Assembly (NCBI GenBank): GCA_044222185.1
Contig: JBGANV010000002.1
Coordinates: forward strand, 128,001-192,000
Direction of reading: 5' to 3'
Source of the DNA: Planctomycetota bacterium
Lineage (GTDB): Bacteria; Planctomycetota; GCA-002687715; CAIWVZ01
Length of the DNA stretch: 64,000 nt
Numbering within the stretch: position 1 is the first letter of the stretch; each line of letters opens with the position of its first letter. Below are positions 9,710 through 18,797 of the stretch, in pieces. A program made the translations under genes and the position numbers. The notes under the pieces are model-generated. The model saw only the letters and a program-made list of their open reading frames with translations, was not told the DNA's origin and did no database searches.

Positions 9710-11140
9710 TCAGAAGTCCAGTTGCGTGTACAAGTCCATCCGCACGGCGTTGCCGAGGTGGAGGTCGACCCACTGGGTCTCCCAGTAGATCACGTCGAGA
9801 CCCGCCTTCCAGCCCGAGCCGATGTCGTACTTCGTCGCAAGATAAAGCGTCCAGTTGAGATCACGGTACCCCGGCGCGAGGTCTTCGGAGTCCGCGTTGT
9901 CGATCGTCCCGCCGAGCGTCACGGTGAAACAATCGGTCGCTTGCAAGACGAGCTCGACCCACCCACCGATGGCATCGATCTCGTGCCCGAACGCCGCGCT
10001 GGTCGGGTCCGTGTTCAGCGTCTGGCCGATGGAGCCGCGGACGTCGCCCAAGGCCGATCCGATCTGCGCCTCCCCGCGAAGGCTCACGGGGCCAAAGAGC
10101 GGCACGGTCCAATCGACGCCGCCGAGCCACGCGGTGAAATCGTGATCGCCGCCGTAGGCGCGATCGGTCTCGTATCCGGCCCAGTACCCCCATGCGCCGA
10201 CGGCGATCACCTTTCCATCGACCCAGGACGGCAGTGTCCCCCCGAACCGACCCTGGAAATTCGGATGCCCTGAGTCGAACCCGTCGCGTTCCGTCGACTT
10301 GTAGGCGACAGGCGGCGGGGTCGTGGCGTCCACGTCCTGGTTCTTCACCGAGCCTGTGGGGCCGGCGTGCAGCCGGAACTGGAACGAGCTCGCCTTGGGA
10401 TCACCGCGATCCCAGATGAACTCCACCTGGGGTCGCCGGTGGCCGACGTTGCCCGCGTCCCACATGATCGTCTCGCCGTTCACCGAAGGAATCAGCGGGC
10501 CGATGGCGTCCCAGTCCTGACCGAAGCGGAGGGAGACCTCGTCGAACTGGGCCGTGAAGTACGCGAGCCGCAACCGCGGGACCGGGAGCGATTCGCCAAT
10601 GCCCGCCGGGAAGTTCGCAAAGTCCATCTCCAGCTTGCCCGTCACGTTGGCGCTCCCGATCTTCCCCGCATCGAGGTCGAATCCAAACCGCGTGAGACGG
10701 GAGTCGAAGGCGAAGTCGTCGTCGTTCGGTTGCGCGTTCACCGAATCCTCGGGCACGACGACGGTCGGCGTGATCTGGCTGTCCTGACGCGCGGTGTTGT
10801 AGTAGGCGTCGAGACGGAAGAAGCCGTAGAACTTCAGCGGGAACCCGGAGCGCGTGAGTTGTTTCCACGTGACGCCGTCGGCTACCCGCGCGGACACGGC
10901 GTTCACCTGCGTCTCGAGCGCTTGCCCGGCCTCGGCCTCGCTACGTTCGGCACGCACGGCGCGCAGCTCGGCCTCGAGCGCTTCGTTGCGCCGCTCGCTG
11001 CGCTCGAGCCGCTCGAGGATCCGCTGGGTGCGGTCCTCAAGCTCCTGGAAGCGGCGATCATCGCCGGCCCGCCCGTCCTGGCCCCGAACACACAGCGCCG
11101 CGAGGCACGCGACGCCGATCACGATCCCGGTCGACTTCAT
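9710..11140 (-). CDS. DcaP-like trimeric outer-membrane porin
   Basis: Signal peptide, N-terminal coiled coil, LKFYGFFRLDA, SRLTRFG, GKLEMDF, PRLRLAY, FGQDW, C-terminal YTQLDF beta-signal. Confidence 0.75.
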   Translation of the reverse strand: MKSTGIVIGVACLAALCVRGQDGRAGDDRRFQELEDRTQRILERLERSERRNEALEAELRAVRAERSEAEAGQALETQVNAVSARVADGVTWKQLTRSGFPLKFYGFFRLDAYYNTARQDSQITPTVVVPEDSVNAQPNDDDFAFDSRLTRFGFDLDAGKIGSANVTGKLEMDFANFPAGIGESLPVPRLRLAYFTAQFDEVSLRFGQDWDAIGPLIPSVNGETIMWDAGNVGHRRPQVEFIWDRGDPKASSFQFRLHAGPTGSVKNQDVDATTPPPVAYKSTERDGFDSGHPNFQGRFGGTLPSWVDGKVIAVGAWGYWAGYETDRAYGGDHDFTAWLGGVDWTVPLFGPVSLRGEAQIGSALGDVRGSIGQTLNTDPTSAAFGHEIDAIGGWVELVLQATDCFTVTLGGTIDNADSEDLAPGYRDLNWTLYLATKYDIGSGWKAGLDVIYWETQWVDLHLGNAVRMDLYTQLDF

Positions 11141-11173
11141 GATGTGTTCTCCTATTCCTTCGAGTCCCTCGAG

Positions 11174-11491
11174 TCACGGCTTCCGCTCGATCACGTCCCG
11201 TGCCCAGGCCAGCGCGGCCATCGCTCCGGGAAAACCGATCGTGGGGATGAGCAGGAGCAGCGCGTGGTAGATCTCCTCCTTCGAGACGCCGGCCTTCAGC
11301 GCCTTGCGAACGTGCGCGTGGAGGCCGCCCTCCAGACGCGCCGCCCCCGAGATCGCAACCTTCACGAGCGCCCGCGTCTTCTCGTCGAGTGCCCCGGCAC
11401 CATGCGCCGACTGCCCGAGCGCTTCGTAGGCACGCGCCACGTCCGGGAAGGTCGTCTGGAACCACGCGTAGTGAGATGGCAGTTCGTTCAC
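11174..11491 (-). CDS. Carboxymuconolactone decarboxylase (CMD/AhpD-like) family protein
   Basis: GALDEKTRALVKVAIS, HAHVRKALKAGVSKEEI, IPTIGFP. Confidence 0.88.
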   Translation of the reverse strand: MNELPSHYAWFQTTFPDVARAYEALGQSAHGAGALDEKTRALVKVAISGAARLEGGLHAHVRKALKAGVSKEEIYHALLLLIPTIGFPGAMAALAWARDVIERKP

Positions 11492-11518
11492 GGTGAAAAT
11501 CCCCGTTTTGGGCCTTAG

Positions 11519-12646
11519 TCAGCGGGCGGATGCCTCTGCGCGAAATGCCGCCAGGAATCGCCACGCGAAGAGACCGAGGGCGCCGGTCAGCGGCGCCAGG
11601 GCGAGAAGGCTCGGCAACGTGAAGGTCGGAAGGAGCGGGGGCGCGAGGATCAGCACGATGTCCACGATCCGCCCGGCCAGGAGCACCCAGCCGACGCGGA
11701 GGATCATGTCCTCGTTCCGACGCAGCGTGCGCGGCATCAGCGTCGCGAAGGGCACGAGCCAGTTGAGTGCGACGTTCACCAGCTCGACCGCGGGCCAGCC
11801 TCCGCCGCTCCGCGCGGTGTACCAGGCCGTCTCCTCCGGCATGTTCGTGTACCAGACGAGCATGTACTGACAGAAACGGATGTAGCCCCAGAACAACGTG
11901 AGCGACAGCGCGACCTTGCCGAGGTCGTCGAAGCCATCCGTCGTGATTCCGCGATGGCTCCCGGCTCGACGAGACAACACGGACATCACCATCACGAGCG
12001 CGACGCCAGACAGCGCGATCCCGCTCATGATGAGGAGGGCGTACATCGTGCTGAACCACGCAGGCTCGATGGACTGGAACCAATCGATCGACGCCACGCT
12101 GAACGTGACGGCAAACACGAGGAGGAACACGGCCGAGTCCCGCAACGCCCGGTACCGACTGCCGGACGATGGCGCGGACGACGCGTGCCGGAGGCTCGCG
12201 CCCAGCCGCGAGGCGAGCCAAAGCCACATCGCGAGGACGAGGAGGAGTCGCGCCGCGAAGAACGGCGTGTTCAACCAGCCCGCCCGATGCGACGTGGCGT
12301 GCGCGCCGTCTCCGCCGGCGTGAGCCCAGGAGTACAGCGCGCTCGTGCCGAAGATGATCAGGACGCCGAAAGCGGCTGCGACGGGCAACGTCCGCCCCAT
12401 GGCGTCGATCACCGGTCGGAACGGGATCGCCCAGCGTGCGCTCGTCAGCTCGCGGATGGCGGCGAAGAACGGACCGGCGACGGCAAACCCGAGAAGCGCG
12501 AGGAATCCCATGAGGACGCCGGCCCACGAGGCCCTGGCATCCAGATAGAGCCCGAGGACGAACACGGCGGCGCCGCCGAGGGCCATCGCACGGAAGACGC
12601 GCTCGAGGCCCGACGCCGGGCCAGTCACCGCGGTGGTGCGGATCAT
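11519..12646 (-). CDS. actF: Alternative complex III subunit F
   Basis: LYSWAH, WLNTPFFAARL, DWFQSIEPAWFSTMY, DLGK, FWGYIRFCQYMLVWYTNMPEET; follows actE. Confidence 0.9.
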   Translation of the reverse strand: MIRTTAVTGPASGLERVFRAMALGGAAVFVLGLYLDARASWAGVLMGFLALLGFAVAGPFFAAIRELTSARWAIPFRPVIDAMGRTLPVAAAFGVLIIFGTSALYSWAHAGGDGAHATSHRAGWLNTPFFAARLLLVLAMWLWLASRLGASLRHASSAPSSGSRYRALRDSAVFLLVFAVTFSVASIDWFQSIEPAWFSTMYALLIMSGIALSGVALVMVMSVLSRRAGSHRGITTDGFDDLGKVALSLTLFWGYIRFCQYMLVWYTNMPEETAWYTARSGGGWPAVELVNVALNWLVPFATLMPRTLRRNEDMILRVGWVLLAGRIVDIVLILAPPLLPTFTLPSLLALAPLTGALGLFAWRFLAAFRAEASAR

Positions 12647-13194
12647 TTCTTCACCTCCCGCTGAAGGGCGCGCACCCGAAGGATCACCTTCCAGCGATCG
12701 TCGGGCGGAAGCTGGGCCGCGTAGGACGCCATGTTGTTCTGGCCCGTCGTCAGGATGTGGAACATCTCGCCGTCCGTGAGTTTCAGAGCATGCGCGGCCT
12801 TCATCGAGGGCGGCGCCTGCATCCCTCGGAGCACGACGGGCGGCGGCGTTTCGCCGTCAGGGCCGTGGCAGGTCATGCAATAGATCATGAAGAGACGCTC
12901 GCCCCTGGCGAGCGCGCCGGCGTCGTCGGCTCTGTAGGGGTTCGTCAGCTCGCGCCCTGCGCGGGCCTGCTCGTCGAGTCCCTTGGCGAAGTCGAAGACC
13001 TCGCTGCCGACGAGAGCCACGCCGGCCGGGAGCTCCACGGATCGCACGTTCGCCTTCACGGCGGGGGTCCGCGCCATGTCCGGGAAGAACTCGAGCCCGC
13101 GAACGGAGCCGTCGGGTGGCAACGCACTGCGCAGCACGAGAAGCAGGGCGACCGCTGCGAGCGTCGCGACGATGATTCCGCGTGATCCTTTCAT
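12643..13194 (-). CDS. actE: Alternative complex III monoheme cytochrome c subunit E
   Basis: EFFPDM, NPY...LARGERLFMIYCMTCHG, DGEMFHILTTGQNNMASYA..DRWKVI; ATGA overlap with actD. Confidence 0.85.
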   Translation of the reverse strand: MKGSRGIIVATLAAVALLLVLRSALPPDGSVRGLEFFPDMARTPAVKANVRSVELPAGVALVGSEVFDFAKGLDEQARAGRELTNPYRADDAGALARGERLFMIYCMTCHGPDGETPPPVVLRGMQAPPSMKAAHALKLTDGEMFHILTTGQNNMASYAAQLPPDDRWKVILRVRALQREVKK

Positions 13195-13709
13195 GCGATC
13201 ACCTCCCAGGTCTTCGCGGCGCCGTGGCGAACGAGGAGGGCCTCCACGTCCACCCATTCCGGCGCGTCGAGGCTGCGGGCGACGATCAAGGCGAAGCGAT
13301 CGTCCGTGACGCCCTCGATCTGCGGCGCCGGGAGTTTCCCAGGGCGAAGCCCCGACCTGACGATCACGGCGAACACGGTCGCGAGCCCGGCACAGAGGAT
13401 CGTGAGTTCGAACGCCACGGGCATGAACGCCGGGAACGAGTTCCACGGCTTGCCTCCCACGTCGATGGGCCAGTCCGCCGCCGAAGCCCAGTACTGCAAG
13501 CCAAACCCGGCGGCGAGCCCGAACAAACCAGCGCACAGCGTCACCCATGGAAGGCGCGAGCGGCGAAGCTGGAGGAGATCATCCAGCCCGTGCACCGGGT
13601 AGGGCGTGTGCGCGTCGAGGATGCGGAGATCCGCACGCCGACAAGCACGAGCCGCCGCGAGGAAGGACGTCTCGTCGGTGAAGACTCCGAACTGCAATCG
13701 GCGGTTCAT
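13191..13709 (-). CDS. actD: Alternative complex III subunit D (DUF3341)
   Basis: LDAHTPYPVHGLD, DWPIDVGGKP, PAFMPVAFELTIL, TDDRFAL; ATGA overlap with actC. Confidence 0.92.
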   Translation of the reverse strand: MNRRLQFGVFTDETSFLAAARACRRADLRILDAHTPYPVHGLDDLLQLRRSRLPWVTLCAGLFGLAAGFGLQYWASAADWPIDVGGKPWNSFPAFMPVAFELTILCAGLATVFAVIVRSGLRPGKLPAPQIEGVTDDRFALIVARSLDAPEWVDVEALLVRHGAAKTWEVIA

Positions 13710-15139
13710 GAGTGCGCCTCCCGATCGTGCCCGCCGTGTCCCTGGCCGAGCACCGTCTTCACCTCGAACATGGAGATCATGGGTCCGAAGCGACAGAAGA
13801 GCAGGAACGCCGTGAAGAAGAGACCGAAGGCTCCGATCATGGCCCCGCCTTCGATCCACGTCGGGCAGTATCCCGCCCACGTCGACGGGAGGAACTCCCG
13901 CGTGAGCGAGGTGACGATGATCACGAAGCGCTCGAACCACATGCCCACGTTCACGACGAGTGAGAGCACGAAGACGGCGGGGATCGAATAGCGGACGCGC
14001 CGGAACCACAGCAGCTGCGGCGCGATCACGTTGCACGCGAACATCGTCCAGTAGGCCCACGCGAACGGACCCGCCATGCGATTCTTGAAGGCGAATTGCT
14101 CGTAGGGATTGCCCGACCACCACGCCGTGAACAGCTCGGTGACGTAGGCGAGCCCGACGATCGTCCCGGTGAAGACCAGGATCCTGCACATGGCGAGGAT
14201 GTGCCGCTGCGTGATGTAGTTCTCGAACCTCATCACGCGCCGCGCGATGATCATGAGCGTGAGCACCATCGCGAAGCCAGAGAAGACGGCGCCGATGACG
14301 AAGTACGGAGGGAAGATGGTGGTGTGCCAGCCCGGAACGATGGACGTGGCGAAATCCATGCTCACGACGCTGTGGACGGAAACGACGAGCGGTGTCGCCA
14401 GCGCGGCCAGCAGCACGCATGCGATCTCATAGCGGTGCCAGGTTCGCGCCGACCCGCTCCAACCGAGGCTGAGCCACCCAAAGAGCTTCTTGCGCAGGCC
14501 GCGGGCGCGATCCCGGATCGTCGCCAGGTCGGGGATCAGGCCCAGGTACCAGAACAGCAGCGAGATCGTGAAGTACGTCCCGATGGCGAAGACGTCCCAG
14601 AGCAAGGCCGACCGGAAGTTCACCCACAGCGAGCCACGCGTGTTCGGATAGGGAAACACCCAGAGCGCGAGCCACGGCCGCCCCATGTGGATCACGGGGA
14701 ATATGCCGGCACAGATGACGGCGAAGATCGTCATCGCTTCGGCGGAGCGATTGATCGAGGTTCGCCACTTCTGCCGGAGCAGGAGGAGCACCGCCGAGAT
14801 CAACGTGCCGGCGTGACCGATTCCGACCCAGAACACGAAGTTCGTGATGTCGAACGCCCAGCCGACGGAGTTGTTGAGGCCCCACGTCCCGATCCCTGTG
14901 GCGATCTGGTAGCCCACGCACCAGACCCCGTACCCGAGTGCGACGACGGCCGCGACGAACGCGCCGTACCACAGCCCCGTCGGTCGCCCCTCGATGGGCG
15001 AGCACACGTCGCGAGTGACGTCCGACGGGCGAAGCCCTCCCTTGATCACGGGTGCATCGTGTGGGTCGACGTCGTGGGCCGGTGCTTGGGCCGTCGAGGG
15101 GCGACTCGCGGGAACATCGATCAAACCGGACGTCTGCAT
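13706..15139 (-). CDS. actC: Alternative complex III subunit C (NrfD/PsrC family quinol-binding)
   Basis: WAFDITNFVFWVGIGHAGTLISA, WRTSINRSAEAMTIFAV, HMGRPW, SVHSVVSMDFA, GMWFERFVII. Confidence 0.95.
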   Translation of the reverse strand: MQTSGLIDVPASRPSTAQAPAHDVDPHDAPVIKGGLRPSDVTRDVCSPIEGRPTGLWYGAFVAAVVALGYGVWCVGYQIATGIGTWGLNNSVGWAFDITNFVFWVGIGHAGTLISAVLLLLRQKWRTSINRSAEAMTIFAVICAGIFPVIHMGRPWLALWVFPYPNTRGSLWVNFRSALLWDVFAIGTYFTISLLFWYLGLIPDLATIRDRARGLRKKLFGWLSLGWSGSARTWHRYEIACVLLAALATPLVVSVHSVVSMDFATSIVPGWHTTIFPPYFVIGAVFSGFAMVLTLMIIARRVMRFENYITQRHILAMCRILVFTGTIVGLAYVTELFTAWWSGNPYEQFAFKNRMAGPFAWAYWTMFACNVIAPQLLWFRRVRYSIPAVFVLSLVVNVGMWFERFVIIVTSLTREFLPSTWAGYCPTWIEGGAMIGAFGLFFTAFLLFCRFGPMISMFEVKTVLGQGHGGHDREAHS

Positions 15140-15148
15140 GGCGCCTCC

Positions 15149-18109
15149 TCACGACTCCCGGTTGCGGATTTGAGCGAGGTAACGGACCGACGGTCGCACG
15201 TTCAGCTCCTCGAGGACGCGATAGGACCTCACCGACTCCGCCTTCTTCGAGACCGCGCTCTTCGGATCGGCCAGGTTGCCGAACGTGATGGCGCGCGTCG
15301 GACACGACTGCGCACAGGCGGTCGTGAATTCGCCGTCGCGGAGCGGCTCGCCGCGGCGCTTCGCATCAAGCGACGCATCGCGGATCCGCTGGACGCACAA
15401 GCTGCACTTCTCCATCACGCCACGGCTGCGGACGGTCACGTTGGGATTCAGCGCGAGATTCGCCAGCTGGTCGTCGTGGGGGTAATCGAACCAGTTGAAG
15501 CGACGGACCTTGTAGGGGCAGGTGTTGGCGCAATAGCGCGTGCCCACGCAGCGGTTGTAGACCTGCTGATTGAGCCCGTCCTCGGAATGGACCGTCGCGA
15601 GAACCGGGCACACGGCCTCGCACGGCGCATTGCCGCAGTGCTGGCACATCATCGGCTGATGCGCGACGTGGACGTCGTCGCCGTCGCCTTGCGCATAACG
15701 ATCCACGCGCATCCAGGCCATGTCGCGATGACGGCGAACCTCGTCCCGACCGACGACGGGAATGTTGTTCTCCGCCTGGCACGCAATCACGCACGCGGAG
15801 CATCCGTTGCAGGCATTCACGTCGACGGCGAGACCCCAACGAGGCCCGTCCGTCGTGTGGTCCTCGGGCCACATGCCGGGCTCCGGCCCTCCTTCGAGTC
15901 CGAGCGCCTCAGCCGGGTTGCGGCGGAATTCGCCCAGCGATGCCGAACGCACGGCGTCGCGCACCTCGCCGCCCACCGGCGCGAGATGCGGTGGAATATC
16001 GAGGCTCTGATACTCCTGGACCGTCGCCAGTTCGACGTGGGCGGCGGTGCGCGTGATCCGGCACGTGCGAACGTCGGTGCGGACGCAGCGGTCCGCGAAA
16101 GCGAGGAGCGGCGCGACGTTCACGCCGATCACGCCGCCGGCCGTCACTGCGGGGTGGGCGTCGACCCAGGCGGGACCCGCGTTCGCGAAACGATCGGTCC
16201 CCACGCGTCCATGCCCGAGCGGCATGGCGACGACTCGATCGTGCTGTCCAGGCTGCAGATGTACGGGCAGCTCGACGACGGGCGCTCCCCCACCACACTC
16301 GACTCGCACCACGTCGCCTTCCCCCACACCGATCTCACGTGCCGCGAGCGGCGACAACGACACCCACGACTCCCATGCGAGCCGGGTGACGGGGTCGGCC
16401 ATCTCCTGCAACCACGGATTCTGGGCGTGGCGGCCGTCGAGCAGCGCGGCCGTGGGATGGAGCACGAGCGCGAACGTCCCCGCAGCGGGAGGCGACGTCC
16501 TCGGCGCGGCTGCCAGATCGACGGCACCCGCGCCGCGGCCGCCCGTCGCCGGCGCCGGGACGACGACCGAACCCTCGCGCTGCACCTTGCCGAAGAATCG
16601 CCGGAACGGCCCGCCATCCGTGAACCGTGGATGGATCTCGCGCTCCCACGTCTCGCGCACCAGCTCCGCATCGGATCGTGTATCGCCCATCCATCGCGCG
16701 AGCGAGGCGCGAAGCGTGCGTGTCGAACGAAGCGGTTGCGACGCCGGCTGCTGGAGGCAGAACACGCCAGCCTGGGGCTCGGCATCTCCCCACGCCTCCA
16801 GTGCATGAGGCTCGGGGCACACCCAGTGAGCCAGCTCCGTGGTCTCGTCCTTCAACGACGCGACCGAGATCACGAGCCTGGCCTTGCGCAGTTGTTGCGA
16901 CAACCCGCCCGCACCGGGCAGGTCGTACGCCGGATTGCAGCCGGCGACGATCAACAGATCGACGCCGCCTGCGTCCAGCTCGTCACGAAGACCGGCGAGC
17001 TCGGCGTCGGACCCCCGGCGCTGGAACGACAGTCGTTCCAGGTCGAGGGTCGTGCCGAAGGCACCGAGCGCGCCGTTGATGTTGTCGACCCGAAGCTGGG
17101 TGTCCACGTCGTTGACACCGCACACGACCAGGGCGCGGCCGCGCGCGGCGACGAGCTCCGCCGCCAGCCGCGAGAGTTCCGATGCACGCGGCACTTCTCG
17201 CGCGACGTCCGTCGACCCGCCTCGCAGTCCGGACGCGACGGCCGCGTGGAGGGCAGCAATGGCCCCCTGGATTTCCCAGGGCGCGACCCGGAACCGCTCG
17301 TCGGCGCATCCGCCCGTCACCGTCATGCGTGACTCGAATTGCCAATGGCGCGCCATGCGACTCGACGTGTCGTCGGGGTTGCGGCGCCGAGACCAGGCGG
17401 CCGCGTGTTCCACCGGCGAGATCCACGGTCCGAGGAAGTCCGCCTCGAACGAGGCGATGACGTCGGCCCGGTCGAATCGATGGCGCGGGATGGCGCGGAC
17501 GCCGTGCGTCTTCGAGCAGGACTCGGCCATCGCCGAGGCGGACAGCGCGTCGTAGCTCACGTGCCGCGCGTCTCGGAAGCTCTGGAGAAACCGCCCGATC
17601 ACGCGGTTCGTGCTGGGGCTCGTCACCGATCCGGTGAGGAGCCGCACGCGGCCCCCGCCGTCGCGCACCGCCTGCAGTGCCGCGGTGATCTCCCGGTCCG
17701 CGTCTGCCCACGACGCAGGCTGCCGATTGCGCTGCGGTCCGTCGAAGCGGTGAGAATCGTAGAGGCCGATCACGGTCGCCTGACCCACGGCGCACAATCC
17801 GCCATCCGAAACCGGGTGCCCGGGCAGCCCCTCCAGCTTGACGGGCCGCCCGTCGAGGCACGTGGCGCGGACACCGCACCCTGCCGAGCAGCCCTGGCAC
17901 GTCGTCGCGATGGCGTAGCGGCGGCCCGGAACCACTCCCTCGCTCGGCGCGAGCGGCGCCACGATCTTGGACCCGGGAGCGCGCGAGCACCCGGCGACGC
18001 TCGCGGCTGCGATCCCGAAGCCGACCATCCGCAGGAAGGAACGCCGTGACGGCTCGGTCGTCTCGAACGGGAGGATCACGTCGTCGGCGTTGTGGGATTT
18101 CGCAGTCAT
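15149..18109 (-). CDS. actB: Alternative complex III subunit B (molybdopterin-oxidoreductase-like plus Fe-S domain), Tat lipoprotein
   Basis: SRRSFL Tat motif with VAGC lipobox, GRPVKLEG, NPWLQEMADP, CNGCSACVIACQAENN, CQHCGNAPCEAVCPV, CVGTRYCANTCPY, MEKCSLC, CAQSCP. Confidence 0.95.
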   Translation of the reverse strand: MTAKSHNADDVILPFETTEPSRRSFLRMVGFGIAAASVAGCSRAPGSKIVAPLAPSEGVVPGRRYAIATTCQGCSAGCGVRATCLDGRPVKLEGLPGHPVSDGGLCAVGQATVIGLYDSHRFDGPQRNRQPASWADADREITAALQAVRDGGGRVRLLTGSVTSPSTNRVIGRFLQSFRDARHVSYDALSASAMAESCSKTHGVRAIPRHRFDRADVIASFEADFLGPWISPVEHAAAWSRRRNPDDTSSRMARHWQFESRMTVTGGCADERFRVAPWEIQGAIAALHAAVASGLRGGSTDVAREVPRASELSRLAAELVAARGRALVVCGVNDVDTQLRVDNINGALGAFGTTLDLERLSFQRRGSDAELAGLRDELDAGGVDLLIVAGCNPAYDLPGAGGLSQQLRKARLVISVASLKDETTELAHWVCPEPHALEAWGDAEPQAGVFCLQQPASQPLRSTRTLRASLARWMGDTRSDAELVRETWEREIHPRFTDGGPFRRFFGKVQREGSVVVPAPATGGRGAGAVDLAAAPRTSPPAAGTFALVLHPTAALLDGRHAQNPWLQEMADPVTRLAWESWVSLSPLAAREIGVGEGDVVRVECGGGAPVVELPVHLQPGQHDRVVAMPLGHGRVGTDRFANAGPAWVDAHPAVTAGGVIGVNVAPLLAFADRCVRTDVRTCRITRTAAHVELATVQEYQSLDIPPHLAPVGGEVRDAVRSASLGEFRRNPAEALGLEGGPEPGMWPEDHTTDGPRWGLAVDVNACNGCSACVIACQAENNIPVVGRDEVRRHRDMAWMRVDRYAQGDGDDVHVAHQPMMCQHCGNAPCEAVCPVLATVHSEDGLNQQVYNRCVGTRYCANTCPYKVRRFNWFDYPHDDQLANLALNPNVTVRSRGVMEKCSLCVQRIRDASLDAKRRGEPLRDGEFTTACAQSCPTRAITFGNLADPKSAVSKKAESVRSYRVLEELNVRPSVRYLAQIRNRES

Positions 18110-18118
18110 GGCACGGAC

Positions 18119-18796
18119 TCAGTAATGGCAAGCCGAACAATCGGTGGTGACGTGCGACGCGACGCGTGTGTGATCGGGAGCCGGCGTGAGTGCGCCCCGG
18201 CCCGCCTTCGCGTTGATCCGATGGCACTCGACGCACCACCCCATGGAGAGGTTCGAGTCCTGACGCACGCGGTCCATCGTCTCCACGGCGCCGTGACATT
18301 GCTGGCACTCGACGCCGCGCGTGATGTGCGCCCGATGATCGAACGCGACGTGATCCGGAAGTCGGTGGACGCGCTCCCACGCGAGTGGGCGCGACTCCGC
18401 ACCGGCGATCGGCTTCTGGTCGTCGTCGAGGCCGAGGGCGCGGTAGATCTTCCCGATCTCGGGCGAGACGATGCGGCGCGGCTCGCGCTTCTCGGCGACC
18501 GCGGCCAGCTTCTCCGTGTCCGCTGCATTCTTGCTCGTTGTCACGACGACGTGGCAATTCATGCAGACCGACGTGGCGGGGATCCCAGCACTCGGGCCCT
18601 TCTCCGCGGCGTCATGGCAATAGAGGCAGTGGATCGCGAGTTCGCCAGCGTGCAGGCGGTGCGAGAACGCGATCGGCTGCGTGGGTTCATACCCCTGGTC
18701 GTTGCCCGGGAGACGGATCGCCGCCGTACTGACGACGACGGCGGCTCCCGGGATCAACACGCAGAAGAAGAAGATCTTCGCGTTGCGGTCAAGCAT
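18119..18796 (-). CDS. actA: Alternative complex III pentaheme cytochrome c subunit A
   Basis: N-terminal TM, QPIAFSHRLHAG, five CxxCH (CLYCH, CMNCH, CQQCH, CVECH, CSACH), LPDHVAFDH. Confidence 0.93.
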   Translation of the reverse strand: MLDRNAKIFFFCVLIPGAAVVVSTAAIRLPGNDQGYEPTQPIAFSHRLHAGELAIHCLYCHDAAEKGPSAGIPATSVCMNCHVVVTTSKNAADTEKLAAVAEKREPRRIVSPEIGKIYRALGLDDDQKPIAGAESRPLAWERVHRLPDHVAFDHRAHITRGVECQQCHGAVETMDRVRQDSNLSMGWCVECHRINAKAGRGALTPAPDHTRVASHVTTDCSACHY

Positions 18797-18797
18797 G

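Noticed and set aside
14096-17332. 1078-aa plus-strand ORF
   Set aside because: Antisense shadow of actB/actC
15149-18109. ActB as an independent Mo enzyme (formate dehydrogenase or polysulfide reductase)
   Set aside because: Fused B1-B2 architecture and actA/C/D/E/F context identify ACIII; Mo-ligand motifs are not evident
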